A stretch of DNA of 53,663 nucleotides from Dehalococcoidales bacterium (GCA_028716145.1 JAQUQL010000001.1:1-53663), one strand, 5' to 3'; counted from the first letter of the stretch, positions 1-10,903 are shown. A program made the numbers and translations. The notes: generated by a model from the letters alone, not told the origin.

Positions 1-248
1 TGGTTCAAAGAAGCAAAGCGCATGAACGGTCTCTTGTTATGCGCCACAACGGCAAGATTGAAGATTCTTTTAGCCAGGGAGATGTTTTTACCATACTGAG
101 ATCCAACCTGGAAGCGATGCTGGGTATATACCAGGAAAACCCAGGTGACATTCTGTTCTATATTGGCGCTCCCGGCCATTATTATACGTGGGAATACCCT
201 GAATTTAGACGGGAAATCACAAGCTTTCTATCCCTTCACTTTTCCTGA
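1..248 (+). CDS. 3' end of an unidentified CDS entering from upstream of the window
   Basis: The frame of the listed 39..248 ORF stays open back to the window edge and ends at TGA 246-248. I recognise no motif. Confidence 0.35.
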   Translation, partial: VQRSKAHERSLVMRHNGKIEDSFSQGDVFTILRSNLEAMLGIYQENPGDILFYIGAPGHYYTWEYPEFRREITSFLSLHFS

Positions 249-275
249 ATAATAGAAAATACCCGGCAGTGAAAT

Positions 276-286
276 TGGTATATAAT
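276..286 (+). promoter_or_regulatory. Extended -10-like element upstream of argG
   Basis: TGGTATATAAT lies about 25 nt upstream of the argG ATG. The same 12-mer TGGTATATAATA recurs upstream of the protease gene at 49901. Confidence 0.35.
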
Positions 287-311
287 ATATAAAAATCATC
301 GGAGGCTATGG

Positions 312-1514
312 ATGAACGAAAAGTTGGTATTGGCATATTCCGGCGGTCTGGACACATCCGCTGCCATCAAGTGGATCAAGGAAAAATACGGCACTGATGT
401 GATCACCGTAACCATAGATGTTGGTAATGAAAAAGATTTTACATTGGTAAAAGAAAAGGCGATAAATGCTGGTGCTTTAAAGGCGATAGTGATCGACGCA
501 AAGGATAGTTATGTAAACGAATTTATCTTCCCTGCACTCAAGGCAAACGCTTTTTATGAAGGTGAATATCCCCTGGCTACGGCACTTTCCCGGCCACTTA
601 TGGCACGTTTGATGGTTGAAGTTGCCAGACAGGAAGGCGCCACCGCCATTGCTCACGGATGTACCGGCAAAGGCAATGACCAGGTACGTTTTGAGGTAAG
701 CATTGCCGCACTCGCACCGGAAATGAAAACCGTTGCTCCCGCCCGTGAATGGGGGATGACACGGGAAGAAACCATAGCTTATGCAAAAAAACACGGCATC
801 CCTGTACCGGTTACTGTGAAAAGCCCCTACTCGGTTGATGCCGCTGTTTGGGGCCGTTCTATCGAATGCGGTATTCTTGAAAACCCCTGGAACGAGCCAC
901 CTGAAGATGCCTATGAGATGACTGTTTCCGTCGAACAGGCTCCCGAAAAACCAGAATACATTGAGATTGATTTTGAGGAAGGTATCCCAGTTGCACTTAA
1001 CGGCACAGCCATGGGAGGACTTGCTTTAATACAGAAATTAAATGAAATAGCCGGCGGTCACGGTGTGGGCAGAATCGATATGGTTGAAAACCGATTAGTT
1101 GGAATCAAATCCCGCGAGATATACGAAGCGCCCGCAGCAGTTACACTGCTCAAGGCTCATCACGGGCTGGAAGCGCTGGTACTCTCCAAGCCTCAGATGA
1201 ACTTTAAATCCCGCGTGTCCCAGGAATATGCGGATCTTATTTACAACGGCCTCTGGTTTTCTTCCCACCGGGAAGATCTGGCGGCCTATGTTGATAGCAC
1301 ACAGCGTTATGTTACCGGTACCGTTCGGGTAAAATTACACAAAGGTAATGCAACAGTAGTTGGGCGCAAATCACCCTTTTCCCTCTATCAGCTGTCTCTT
1401 GCTACTTATGACAAGGGCGATCTGTTTGATCAGAATGCAGCTCCAGGATTCATCCATATCTGGGGACTGCCGCTTAAAACCCAAGCCAATTCTCAGAAAA
1501 AAGGTAACTGCTGA
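312..1514 (+). CDS. argG: Argininosuccinate synthase
   Basis: 400 aa with N-terminal AYSGGLDTS PP-loop and a GCTGKGNDQVRFE block typical of ArgG. GGAGG sits upstream. The stop overlaps the argH start (TGATG). Confidence 0.95.
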   Translation: MNEKLVLAYSGGLDTSAAIKWIKEKYGTDVITVTIDVGNEKDFTLVKEKAINAGALKAIVIDAKDSYVNEFIFPALKANAFYEGEYPLATALSRPLMARLMVEVARQEGATAIAHGCTGKGNDQVRFEVSIAALAPEMKTVAPAREWGMTREETIAYAKKHGIPVPVTVKSPYSVDAAVWGRSIECGILENPWNEPPEDAYEMTVSVEQAPEKPEYIEIDFEEGIPVALNGTAMGGLALIQKLNEIAGGHGVGRIDMVENRLVGIKSREIYEAPAAVTLLKAHHGLEALVLSKPQMNFKSRVSQEYADLIYNGLWFSSHREDLAAYVDSTQRYVTGTVRVKLHKGNATVVGRKSPFSLYQLSLATYDKGDLFDQNAAPGFIHIWGLPLKTQANSQKKGNC

Positions 1515-2893
1515 TGAGCCATATACGCAGCCGCTTCAACAAGCCGGCTGGTAAAAAAGTAATTGAATACACTACGTCTCTGCCGTTTGACTGCCGTCTT
1601 TACCCGCAGGATATCCGAGGCTCTATAGCTCATGCGCGCATGCTTGCCAAACAGGGAATCATAAGTAACAGCGAAGGCCACTCCATTGAAGAAGGCCTTA
1701 TAGCCATACGTGAAGAACTTGATTCGGGTAAGTTTGTATTCAAGCCTGAGCTGGAAGATATCCACATGGCCATTGAATCCCGACTGTTTGAAATCAAGGG
1801 GGATGTTGCCGGCAAACTTCATACCGGCCGTTCACGCAATGACCAGATTGCACTCGATATGCGCCTCTTTTCCAAAGACTGTATCAGGGCAATAATCGAG
1901 GCTATCTGCAACCTCGAGCATGCCATTGTAGATCAAGCAGATGCCAACATCGAAGTAATACTGCCGGGATGCACACACCTCCAGCATGCCCAGCCGGTTC
2001 TGTTTGCCCATCATCTGCTTGCCTATTTTGAAATGTTTGAACGGGATAAGCAACGGGCAAAGGATTGCCTTAACCGCCTGGATGTACTCCCCCTCGGCAG
2101 CGGTGCGCTGGCGGGTACCGGCTTTAATATTGACCGGGAGTATGTGGCCAGGGAGCTGGGTTTTAGCCGTATCAGTGCAAATTCGATGGATGCGGTTTCT
2201 GATCGGGATTATATGATAGAGCTTCACTCAGTCTGTTCCATCATTATGATGCATCTTTCCCGGCTGGCAGAAGAGATCATCCTGTGGAGCACCAGCGAAT
2301 ACGCGTTTATCGAGCTTGATGATGAATATTCTACCGGTTCCAGCATAATGCCGCAGAAAAAGAATCCGGATGTTGCAGAACTTGGCCGCGGTAAAACCGG
2401 ACGAGTTTTTGGAAACCTCATTGGCATGCTTACAGTGATGAAGTCACTGCCTCTAAGCTACAACAGAGACCTCCAGGAAGATAAAGAAGGGCTGTTTGAT
2501 ACGTTTGATACCGTACTGCTTAGCCTTGAGGTTTTCAGTGGTATGGTGGCTACCCTCCAGGTAAAGGCTGATCGCATGAAAGATGCTGCCCTAAGCGGCT
2601 ATATACTGGCAACTGATGTAGCAGATTATTTGGTAGCAAAGGGGCTCAGTTTCCGACAGGCTCACCACATCACCGGCAGGCTGGTAAACTATGCGGCAGG
2701 CAAAGCCAAACAGTTGGATGAAATAACGCTTGATGAATACCGTCAGTTTTCTCCGGCTTTTGATGAAGATGTATTGGCCATTACGCTTAATTACAGTATA
2801 GAAGCAAGGAACATTCCGGGCGGAACGTCCCTACAACAAGTAACCCGGGCTTTAAAACAGGCCCGGGCCTTATTAGAAAACTGTGAGCTTTAA
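1514..2893 (+). CDS. argH: Argininosuccinate lyase
   Basis: 459 aa with the fumarate-lyase superfamily signature GSSIMPQKKNPD. Translationally coupled to argG. Confidence 0.95.
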   Translation: MSHIRSRFNKPAGKKVIEYTTSLPFDCRLYPQDIRGSIAHARMLAKQGIISNSEGHSIEEGLIAIREELDSGKFVFKPELEDIHMAIESRLFEIKGDVAGKLHTGRSRNDQIALDMRLFSKDCIRAIIEAICNLEHAIVDQADANIEVILPGCTHLQHAQPVLFAHHLLAYFEMFERDKQRAKDCLNRLDVLPLGSGALAGTGFNIDREYVARELGFSRISANSMDAVSDRDYMIELHSVCSIIMMHLSRLAEEIILWSTSEYAFIELDDEYSTGSSIMPQKKNPDVAELGRGKTGRVFGNLIGMLTVMKSLPLSYNRDLQEDKEGLFDTFDTVLLSLEVFSGMVATLQVKADRMKDAALSGYILATDVADYLVAKGLSFRQAHHITGRLVNYAAGKAKQLDEITLDEYRQFSPAFDEDVLAITLNYSIEARNIPGGTSLQQVTRALKQARALLENCEL

Positions 2894-2900
2894 AACAGAG

Positions 2901-3089
2901 CTAGCCTTTTGCGGCGACTCTGCGCTGGGTGCGGCGGCAGCGAGTACAGAGCTTCAAACGGGTGATTTTGCCATCTACTTCAACTTTAGTTGGGTGGATA
3001 TTCGCAGACCACGTACGGTTGGTGTGCCGCTTTGAGTGGGATACGTTATGTCCAAATTGTACACTTTTACCACAGAATTCGCATTTCAT
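2901..3089 (-). CDS. rpmB: 50S ribosomal protein L28
   Basis: MKCEFCGKSVQFGHNVSHSKRHTNR... is the L28 pattern. The ORF track extends to 3143, but the ATG at 3089 gives the canonical length of about 62 aa and has AAGGAG upstream. Confidence 0.8.
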   Translation of the reverse strand: MKCEFCGKSVQFGHNVSHSKRHTNRTWSANIHPTKVEVDGKITRLKLCTRCRRTQRRVAAKG

Positions 3090-3202
3090 ATTCCCAGTAA
3101 ACTCCTTTGACGGATATGATGAATTGTTGTAGAATGCCCGCAACGCGGCAACCCTAATACTTTATCACAAGGCTTTAAGTCTTAGCAAGGACTAGTATCA
3201 AT

Positions 3203-4846
3203 ATGCAATTAAATAGAAACCTGACCGGTAAAGACTTTCACGAGATGTTTGCAGTAGCAACGGACTGGCTCGAAAAGAGCGTAGCTGAAGTTAATGCCCT
3301 GAACGTATTCCCGGTTCCGGATGGTGATACCGGCACCAATATGCTCCTTACCATGCATTCAGCGCTGGACGAAGTCAAAGATCCAGCCAATGCCACTGTA
3401 GCAGAAGTATCCAAATCTATGTCTCGCGGAGCGCTGATGGGAGCCAGGGGCAACAGTGGCGTTATTCTTTCCCAAATCATCGCCGGTATTTCCCGTGGGC
3501 TTGAACATCAAGAAACCTGCGATGGCCAATGTATAGCCACTGCCTTTGAGCAGGCCTCTATCACCGCCTACAAGGGTATTAGCAACCCGGTGGAAGGAAC
3601 TATACTTACGGTTATCAAAGATGTAGCAAAAGCTGCCAAAACCAAAACGCTAAACGGCACCAGCGATATTGTCGCCATTATGGAAGAAGTGGTTACTGCG
3701 GCGGGGGAGTCGGTTGCCAATACACCAACTTTGCTAAAAGTCCTGCGCGAAGCGGGGGTGGTAGATGCCGGCGGACAGGGGCTTTGCATCATCCTCGATG
3801 GAGCTCTCAGATACCTTAAAGGCGAAGCCGATGCGATGCAGTTTAGAAAACCTCAGATTATTCCTTCCAGGATTCCGCTTACTCCACACAGCATTACTTC
3901 CCCTGAATCTATCTGTGATGATGAGATACCATTCGGCTATTGTACCAACCTGCTTATCAAGGGGCAGATGCTCGATGTTGAAAAAATTACCGACAAATTA
4001 AAAAAACGAGGCGAATCTCTGGTTGTTGTAGGAGATGATAAAACAATCAGGATCCATATTCATACCCTTGATCCGGGCTGGGTCATCAGTTACCTCACTA
4101 CGCTTGGCACCCTCGATAATGTTCATATCCAGAATATGGATGAACAACACGAAGACTTCATCGAGATGCAGAAGGATAAATCTCCGTCAGGAAGCATTTC
4201 CATGGTGGCAGTGGTAGCTGGAGACGGGTTCGCAGAGGTATTTTCCAGCCTTGGTGTAAGCCATATAGTACCTGGTGGCCAGACTATGAACCCATCGACA
4301 AAGGATATCTACCAGGCTGTTGAAAAATGCACCGGAGAAAATGTGATCATTCTACCAAATAATAAAAATATAATTCTTTCTGCCGAACAGGTGCAGAAAC
4401 TAACCAAGAAGAAGGTGCTTGTTGTTCCTACCAAAACCATGCCGCAGGGAATAGCCGCCTTACTGTCATTCGATTACGACGCCGACTTTGAAACCAACCA
4501 CAAACTGATGAGCGAAGCCTTAAACTCCGTTAAAACCATCGAGGTTACCCGGGCGGTACGCTCCACCCAGGTCAATGGTCTTGATATCAAGAAAAAGCAG
4601 TTCATTTCCATTCTTGATGGCCAGATCATATCGGCAAGTAACGACCTCCTTGATAGCCTGAACTGGGCTTTGGAATATTTTGATACACCAGAGGCTGAAG
4701 TCGTCACCATATATTACGGCGAAGGCGAGGACGAATCTGGCGCAGAGTCAGTTTCTGCTTCAATCGCTGCCAAATTTCCTCATCTCCAGTTTGAAATAAT
4801 CAAGGGCGGGCAGCGCCACTACAACTACATTCTTTCTTTAGAATAA
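3203..4846 (+). CDS. DAK2-domain protein (YloV/FakA-like fatty acid kinase subunit)
   Basis: 547 aa with N-terminal Dak2 motif PDGDTGTNM and GARGNSGVILSQ. Followed by two DegV genes and recG, with rpmB divergent, as in the Firmicutes yloV locus. Confidence 0.85.
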   Translation: MQLNRNLTGKDFHEMFAVATDWLEKSVAEVNALNVFPVPDGDTGTNMLLTMHSALDEVKDPANATVAEVSKSMSRGALMGARGNSGVILSQIIAGISRGLEHQETCDGQCIATAFEQASITAYKGISNPVEGTILTVIKDVAKAAKTKTLNGTSDIVAIMEEVVTAAGESVANTPTLLKVLREAGVVDAGGQGLCIILDGALRYLKGEADAMQFRKPQIIPSRIPLTPHSITSPESICDDEIPFGYCTNLLIKGQMLDVEKITDKLKKRGESLVVVGDDKTIRIHIHTLDPGWVISYLTTLGTLDNVHIQNMDEQHEDFIEMQKDKSPSGSISMVAVVAGDGFAEVFSSLGVSHIVPGGQTMNPSTKDIYQAVEKCTGENVIILPNNKNIILSAEQVQKLTKKKVLVVPTKTMPQGIAALLSFDYDADFETNHKLMSEALNSVKTIEVTRAVRSTQVNGLDIKKKQFISILDGQIISASNDLLDSLNWALEYFDTPEAEVVTIYYGEGEDESGAESVSASIAAKFPHLQFEIIKGGQRHYNYILSLE

Positions 4847-4866
4847 AAGCGCTTGGGAGGGCAATA

Positions 4867-5715
4867 ATGGTAAAGATAGTTACAGATTCGACTTCTGACA
4901 TCACGCGCGATCTTGCGCTATCACTTGGGGTAACCGTAGTGCCTTTGACCGTATTTTTTGGCAAAGAGTCTTTTCTTGACAGGGTAGAAATGTCTACCGA
5001 TGAGTTTTACAAACGCCTGGTTGGAGATGTGTTCCCCACCACAACCCAACCATCTCCGGGCGTTTTTGCCGAAGTATATAACCAGCTTGCACAGGAAACC
5101 AACGAGATCGTCGTCATTGTTATTTCCGGACGCCTCAGCGGTACCTACCAGTCAGCACTGCACGCTACCAGCATGATCAAGAAAAAGGGCATAAAAGTTG
5201 AAGTCATAGACTCGCGCAATGTCGCCATGTCACTGGGACTTTTGGTTATTGATGCAGCCAATAAGGCCAAAAGCGGCGCCAGCTTTGATGACGTTGTATC
5301 ATCGGTAAAAAATAACATACCACGTGTTCATCCCTACATGTACTTTGATACCCTTAAGTATCTTGCCAAGGGAGGCCGTGTTGGAAAAGCGCAAGGGCTG
5401 GTCGGTTCGATCCTTTCTATCAAGCCGATCGTAACCCTTGATGACGGTGAAGTATCGCCCGTTGCCAGAGTCCGCTCCAAAAAGGCTGGCCTTGACCACC
5501 TCTACAAGTTTGTTCAAGGTTACGGAGACAATATACAAGGCCTTGCCGTTGAATACGCAAATACCTCTGAAGATGCAGATTTATTAATAGAACGCCTGGC
5601 AGAATTGTATCCCAAAGAAAAGATAATACGTTCTGTTGTAAGCCCGGTTCTGGGTACATACATGGGCCCAAATGTAGTTGGCGTTTTTGTACTGGAGGGC
5701 GACAAGAAACCCTAA
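4867..5715 (+). CDS. DegV family fatty-acid-binding protein (FakB-like)
   Basis: 282 aa showing IVTDSTSD..., TTTQPSP, and YMYFDTLKYLAKGGR, all DegV hallmarks. GGGAGG ribosome-binding site. Confidence 0.88.
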   Translation: MVKIVTDSTSDITRDLALSLGVTVVPLTVFFGKESFLDRVEMSTDEFYKRLVGDVFPTTTQPSPGVFAEVYNQLAQETNEIVVIVISGRLSGTYQSALHATSMIKKKGIKVEVIDSRNVAMSLGLLVIDAANKAKSGASFDDVVSSVKNNIPRVHPYMYFDTLKYLAKGGRVGKAQGLVGSILSIKPIVTLDDGEVSPVARVRSKKAGLDHLYKFVQGYGDNIQGLAVEYANTSEDADLLIERLAELYPKEKIIRSVVSPVLGTYMGPNVVGVFVLEGDKKP

Positions 5716-5727
5716 AGGAGGAGCGCA

Positions 5728-6675
5728 ATGTCTATCAGAATAGTTACCGATTCAACCGCAGATCTTCCTCCCGAGCTGGCACGTGAACACGGCATCGAGA
5801 TCGTACCAGCCTATATACTTCTTGGAGGAAAAACCTATCGCGATGGCGTAGATATCTCCCAGGATGAACTTTACCGCCGTATGGTTGAAATGGAGCAGAC
5901 TCCTACCACTTCCCAGCCTCCTCCAGCCGATTTTGCCGAAGTTTACCGTTCGCTGCTGAGGGATGTTGAGCATATAATTTCTATACAGGTAACTGGCAAG
6001 TTAAGCGGCATTTACGCTTCCGCACTGTCTGCCAGAGATGTGCTGGACGAAGGAAACCGTATCCATGTTATAGATTCTCAGCTTACTTCCATGGGCATGG
6101 GCATGCTGGCTGTGTTAGCAGGCCAGCTGGCAAAAGCTGGCAATACCGCCGAAAGAATTGTTGAAGAAATCAAGACTGCCATAAATAATACTCATATCTG
6201 GGCAACTTTTGATACTCTCAAATACCTGCATCGGGGCGGAAGAATTGGCAAGGCCAAAGCCCTGGTGGGCAGTATGCTAAACATCAAACCGCTTCTAACC
6301 ATGAGAAATGGCGAAATTACGCCGATAGGCGTTGCGCGCACACGCAAGCGTGCAATCGATAGGCTGGTGGAACTCGCCAGTTCCGTTTCCTCCATAGCAG
6401 ACATGGCGATAGTACATGCCACCACTCCGGATGAGGCTATCGAGATGAAAAACAGCCTGAGCCAAATCAACCCCGCCCAGCAGGCTTCCATATCCAGACT
6501 GGGCCCCGCCCTCGGCGTCCATGGAGGCCCAGGCACTCTGTTGGTTGCGGTTCGTAAAAAAGCAGAAGGACTTGCTGAAATAACACGAAGTGAAGGCAGC
6601 GAACGAAAAATGTTCAACCTTCCTTCCATGCCCGAAATAAAACTGCCTAAACTTCGTTTTGCCACATTGCAGTAG
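5728..6675 (+). CDS. DegV family fatty-acid-binding protein, second paralog with a C-terminal tail
   Basis: 315 aa showing IVTDSTADLP, TTSQPPP, and FDTLKYLHRGGRIGKA. About 35-40 extra C-terminal residues lie beyond the DegV core. Confidence 0.85.
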   Translation: MSIRIVTDSTADLPPELAREHGIEIVPAYILLGGKTYRDGVDISQDELYRRMVEMEQTPTTSQPPPADFAEVYRSLLRDVEHIISIQVTGKLSGIYASALSARDVLDEGNRIHVIDSQLTSMGMGMLAVLAGQLAKAGNTAERIVEEIKTAINNTHIWATFDTLKYLHRGGRIGKAKALVGSMLNIKPLLTMRNGEITPIGVARTRKRAIDRLVELASSVSSIADMAIVHATTPDEAIEMKNSLSQINPAQQASISRLGPALGVHGGPGTLLVAVRKKAEGLAEITRSEGSERKMFNLPSMPEIKLPKLRFATLQ

Positions 6676-6698
6676 CTCCAAAGCAGGAGGACAGTTTC

Positions 6699-9143
6699 TT
6701 GGCGGCCGACCTTGATACTCTGCTAAAAATATTGCGTCTTGAAGCACAAAAAGGTTACCAGAATACTGCCGTTATTGGCGGCATGGACCGTTTCCTTGAT
6801 GGGTGGGTAAAGCAAAACCTGGCCAAACCTGCTTCAAACCCTGAAAAGGCAGCAGTCAAAAAAATCGCTTCCCGCAAATCCAGGTATGCTGTTTTGACCC
6901 CGGAGGAGAGAAGAACCTGGCTTGATGCAACCGAACATATTCTCACCGCTAAAAGCTCCATCTCTTCGAGAGCCGTTAAATCTAAACGCACTAATTCCGC
7001 TTCTGTTCCGCCTAAATACTCCAGTTTATCTGAAGCCAGCCTTGAGTCACCGGTTACAGCCATAAAGGGCATCAGTACAATCTACAGCGAAAAACTAGCC
7101 CGGCTGGATGTTAAAACCATACGAGACATGCTCTTCCTGTTTCCACACCGGCATTTAGACTACTCTCGGTTGAAGACAATCTCGCAATTATCTGAAGGGC
7201 AGGAAGAGACCATCATTGCCAATATCTGGGAAGCAAGAAAAGTAAATATAGGAGGCCGTCCCAGCACTGAAGCGACCCTGGGAGACAGCACCGGCAACAT
7301 CAGGGCAGTATGGTTTAATAACCCTTATCTTGCGCGCCAGCTTGCCGGTTGCAGCCAGATAGTTCTGAGTGGCCGTGTTCGTTTTTTTAACGGCAGGCCG
7401 GTTTATGAATCTCCCGACTGGGAAGCGCTTGATGCCAATGAAGAGCTGGTTCATGCCGGGCGCCTGGTGCCTGTATATCCGCTTACCAAAGGTTTGTATC
7501 AACGGTCTCTCAGAAAAACCTTGAAAAGTGTTGTTGACCAGTTTTCTAACCGGCTAGTGGAATTCTTACCGGAAGACATTACCACCCGCAACAGGATGCT
7601 TTCCTTTGGCGAAGCCGTTAGACATGCGCACTTCCCCGATACACTTGAACTAAAGGACAGGGCGCGTGTTCGCCTTGCCTTTAATGAACTCTTTCTGCTT
7701 CAGCTTGGTGTTTTACAAAAAAGAAAACAATGGCAGGTGATAAAAACCCGCCCAATCGTGACGGACTCGAACCTTCTTTCCTACTTTACCTCAAGTCTGC
7801 CTTTTACGCTTACTTCGTCACAGAAACGTGTTGTTGACGAGATACTGGGCGATATGGCTAAAAACACTCCAATGTCCCGGCTGCTTCAGGGAGAAGTTGG
7901 AAGCGGAAAAACCATCGTAGCTCTTGCCGCCCTTTTAATGACTGTTGCTGCAGGCAGGCAGGCTGCATTGATGGCGCCAACCGAAATACTGGCACAGCAG
8001 CATTATAAGGCGATTTCGGATTTGCTGGAAAAAGTCTTTGGAGCAAGCACCCAAAACGGTGCATCAAAAACGTTTGAAATCAAATCCGGCCAATCCATTG
8101 TTTTAACACTTCTCACCAGTGATATTAAGGCTTCCGCCAAGCGAAACATTAAAGAAAACATTGCCGACGGTCAAATAAATATAGTTGTCGGCACTCATGC
8201 CATCATACAAAGTGAGGTTGCTTTTAGGGATCTTGGTTTTCTGGTGATTGACGAACAGCATCGCTTTGGCGTTTTACAGCGTCAGGCTTTACGAAAAAAG
8301 GGTGAAAACCCTCACGTTTTGGTGATGACGGCCACCCCGATACCAAGGACGCTTGCCCTGACCCTGTACGGTGATCTGGATCTTTCAGTGATCGACGAAC
8401 TCCCGCCTGGAAGGCAAATCATTAAAACACGCTGGTTAAAACCGGCGGAAACCTACAAGGCTTATAACTTCATCCGCAAACAGGTTGATGAAGGCAGACA
8501 GGTATTTATTATCTGCCCCCTGGTAGAAGAGTCAGATTCCCTTCAAGCCAAAGCAGCTATCCAGGAATATGAAAGGTTTAAAAGTGAAGTTTTCCCCAAC
8601 CTCCGCCTTGGCCTCTTACATGGACGAATGAAAGCCAGCGAAAAAGAACAAATAATGAAGGAATTCTATTCAGGCTTATTGGATATTCTGGTTGCTACTC
8701 CTGTAGTTGAGGTAGGCATTGATGTACCCAATGCAACTGTTATCTTGATTCAAAGCGCCAATCGCTTCGGCCTGTCACAGCTTCACCAGTTTCGCGGACG
8801 GGTCGGACGTGGAGAGCACCAGAGTTACTGTATGCTGCTTTCTGAAAGCACTACCGAAATCGGTGCCGAACGGTTAAAAGCGATCGAAGAACTTCATGAT
8901 GGTTTTAAATTGGCCGAGAAAGATCTTGAGCTTCGAGGCCCGGGTGAATTCTTTGGCACTCGCCAGTCTGGCATACCAGATTTGAAGATGGCACGACTGA
9001 GCGATGTTGGACTCCTTGAACTGGCACGCCACGAGGCCATCGAACTGTTTAAGCAGGACCCGGGTTTAGAAAAGCCGGAACACTTTTCTCTGGTAAGAGA
9101 ATTAAAACAGGCGTGGCAGAAGAAAACCTCTGACGCAAACTAA
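6699..9143 (+). CDS. recG: ATP-dependent DNA helicase RecG
   Basis: 814 aa with Walker A GEVGSGKT, DEQHRFG box, TATPIPRTL and QLHQFRGRVGRG. TTG start with AGGAGG 8 nt upstream. Long N-terminal extension. Confidence 0.9.
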   Translation: MAADLDTLLKILRLEAQKGYQNTAVIGGMDRFLDGWVKQNLAKPASNPEKAAVKKIASRKSRYAVLTPEERRTWLDATEHILTAKSSISSRAVKSKRTNSASVPPKYSSLSEASLESPVTAIKGISTIYSEKLARLDVKTIRDMLFLFPHRHLDYSRLKTISQLSEGQEETIIANIWEARKVNIGGRPSTEATLGDSTGNIRAVWFNNPYLARQLAGCSQIVLSGRVRFFNGRPVYESPDWEALDANEELVHAGRLVPVYPLTKGLYQRSLRKTLKSVVDQFSNRLVEFLPEDITTRNRMLSFGEAVRHAHFPDTLELKDRARVRLAFNELFLLQLGVLQKRKQWQVIKTRPIVTDSNLLSYFTSSLPFTLTSSQKRVVDEILGDMAKNTPMSRLLQGEVGSGKTIVALAALLMTVAAGRQAALMAPTEILAQQHYKAISDLLEKVFGASTQNGASKTFEIKSGQSIVLTLLTSDIKASAKRNIKENIADGQINIVVGTHAIIQSEVAFRDLGFLVIDEQHRFGVLQRQALRKKGENPHVLVMTATPIPRTLALTLYGDLDLSVIDELPPGRQIIKTRWLKPAETYKAYNFIRKQVDEGRQVFIICPLVEESDSLQAKAAIQEYERFKSEVFPNLRLGLLHGRMKASEKEQIMKEFYSGLLDILVATPVVEVGIDVPNATVILIQSANRFGLSQLHQFRGRVGRGEHQSYCMLLSESTTEIGAERLKAIEELHDGFKLAEKDLELRGPGEFFGTRQSGIPDLKMARLSDVGLLELARHEAIELFKQDPGLEKPEHFSLVRELKQAWQKKTSDAN

Positions 9144-9199
9144 CCCTGGAAGGCAGGATAACATCAACCTTTAAAAAAATCGCAAACCACGGCTCGCTA

Positions 9200-9208
9200 T
9201 GTTATAAT
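9200..9208 (+). promoter_or_regulatory. Extended -10 promoter element upstream of argS
   Basis: TGTTATAAT sits 18 nt upstream of the argS ATG, with no Shine-Dalgarno sequence in between. Confidence 0.4.
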
Positions 9209-9226
9209 CTTTACTTCTGAACGAAT

Positions 9227-10903
9227 ATGACGAATATACTCACACTTAAACAAAAGCTAACTCAAGAGATTGAAAACGCCATTAAAAAGGCACAGGATGA
9301 TGGCAGCCTGCCTCGGGTGCCGGTTCCTTCTGTTGTTCTTGAGCATCCTCAACGTAGCGAACATGGGGATATCGCCACCAGTCTTCCATTAAAATTAGCC
9401 CGTGCAATGGCAAAAAAGCCTTCCGATATTGCTGCAGAAATTACCCGCAACCTGTCCCCGATGCCAGAAATTTCTGGCGTTGAAGTAGCACTTCCTGGAT
9501 TTATTAACTTCACCATATCTCCCGCCTGGTTATCTGTTCAGGTTAACATGATTATCAATGATCCCAAAGGGGTCACTAAGATAGATGCCGGGAAGGGCAA
9601 GAAGGTTCAGGTTGAGTTTGTCAGTGTTAACCCCACCGGCCCTCTGCACGTAGGTCACGGCCGCGGTGCCGTTCTTGGCTCAACACTTGCCAACGTGCTT
9701 GAGGCCTGTGGTTACCACGTAAGCCGTGAATACTACATCAATGATGCCGGCAGCCAGATAGATGCCTTCAAGCGCTCTCTGTTTGCGCGCTACCAGCAGG
9801 AATTTGGCATCGAAGCAGAAGTTCCCCAGGAAGGCTATTTTGGCGCATATATGGTTGAACTTGCTCGTGATCTCGCAGGTGAAATTGACAGAAAATATCT
9901 TGATATGTCTGAAAACGATGCCATTAAAGAACTTGGCGAGATAGGCCTTAACAAAATGATAGCCGAAATCAGGAAAGAACTGGCTGTTTTAAAGGTTGAA
10001 TTTGACGAATGGTTTTCCGAACGCTCCCTTTACAGCGACGGTTATTACCAAAAAGCAATAAGCATACTGCAGGAAGGCGGCTACCTTGCCAACAAGGAAT
10101 TTGCTACCTGGTTTGTATCCACCAGCCTTGGAGACAGCAAGGATAATGTTGTCATAAGGAGCGATGGCTCTCCAACTTATTTTGCTGCTGATATCGCCTA
10201 CCACTATAACAAATTTATAGCCCGTGGCTTCGACCGTGTCATCGATATCTGGGGAGCTGATCACCAGGGACATGTTTCCCGCATGAAAAACGTGCTAGGC
10301 GCCATGGATATCGACCCCGGCCGGCTTGATGTAATAATTTCCCAGATGGTTACGCTCAAGCGCGGCGGCGAACTGGTGCGAATATCCAAGCGCAGCGGAG
10401 AGCTGATAACCCTTAAGGAAGTAGTTGAAGAAGTAGGTGCTGATGTGTGTCGCTACTTCTTTCTTTCGCGTTCAGCTGACTCCCAGATGGATTTCGATCT
10501 TGAGCTTGCCATGCAGGAATCTTCTGAAAACCCTGTGTATTATATCCAGTATGCACATGCCCGCATCGCCAGCATATTACGTTTGGCAAAGGAAGAAGAT
10601 CTCACACACGAGGGAGGCGATACCGCACTTCTTAATGACTCTTCTGAGCTTGCCCTTATGCGCAGGTTGGTAGAGCTTCCTGAAGTTATTGAAATGGTGG
10701 CAAAAAGCCTCGAACCTCACCATCTTGCTTATTATGCTCTGGATTTGGCTACACTTTTCCACAGTTTTTACAAACAGTGCAGAGTTGTCCAGAAAGATAA
10801 ACCGGAACTATCTCGAGCCAGACTTAAACTGGTGATTGCCGCCAAAGCGGTTTTTGCCTCAACGCTTAACCTCATGGGAATGACCGTTCCTGAATCAATG
10901 TAG
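9227..10903 (+). CDS. argS: Arginyl-tRNA synthetase
   Basis: 558 aa with class I HIGH-type motif [12 protein letters not shown] and the C-terminal anticodon-binding block YIQYAHARI. Confidence 0.93.
   Translation: MTNILTLKQKLTQEIENAIKKAQDDGSLPRVPVPSVVLEHPQRSEHGDIATSLPLKLARAMAKKPSDIAAEITRNLSPMPEISGVEVALPGFINFTISPAWLSVQVNMIINDPKGVTKIDAGKGKKVQVEFVSVNPTGPLHVGHGRGAVLGSTLANVLEACGYHVSREYYINDAGSQIDAFKRSLFARYQQEFGIEAEVPQEGYFGAYMVELARDLAGEIDRKYLDMSENDAIKELGEIGLNKMIAEIRKELAVLKVEFDEWFSERSLYSDGYYQKAISILQEGGYLANKEFATWFVSTSLGDSKDNVVIRSDGSPTYFAADIAYHYNKFIARGFDRVIDIWGADHQGHVSRMKNVLGAMDIDPGRLDVIISQMVTLKRGGELVRISKRSGELITLKEVVEEVGADVCRYFFLSRSADSQMDFDLELAMQESSENPVYYIQYAHARIASILRLAKEEDLTHEGGDTALLNDSSELALMRRLVELPEVIEMVAKSLEPHHLAYYALDLATLFHSFYKQCRVVQKDKPELSRARLKLVIAAKAVFASTLNLMGMTVPESM

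Noticed and set aside
5401-5420. GGTTCGATCC, a tRNA T-arm-like string
   Set aside because: It sits in frame inside the DegV CDS (GLVGSILSIKP). The flanks cannot be folded into acceptor, D or anticodon arms. I found no tRNA genes in the window.
6192-6747. Long antisense ORFs (157 and 150 aa) opposite the second DegV gene. Similar ones occur at 17255-17704, 22144-22764, 26158-26676, 32683-33213, 38243-38821 and 50412-50957.
   Set aside because: All lie fully inside strongly supported genes on the other strand. They have low-complexity Ser/Pro/Ala/Arg-rich translations, no ribosome-binding site and no recognisable motif. These are typical shadow ORFs.
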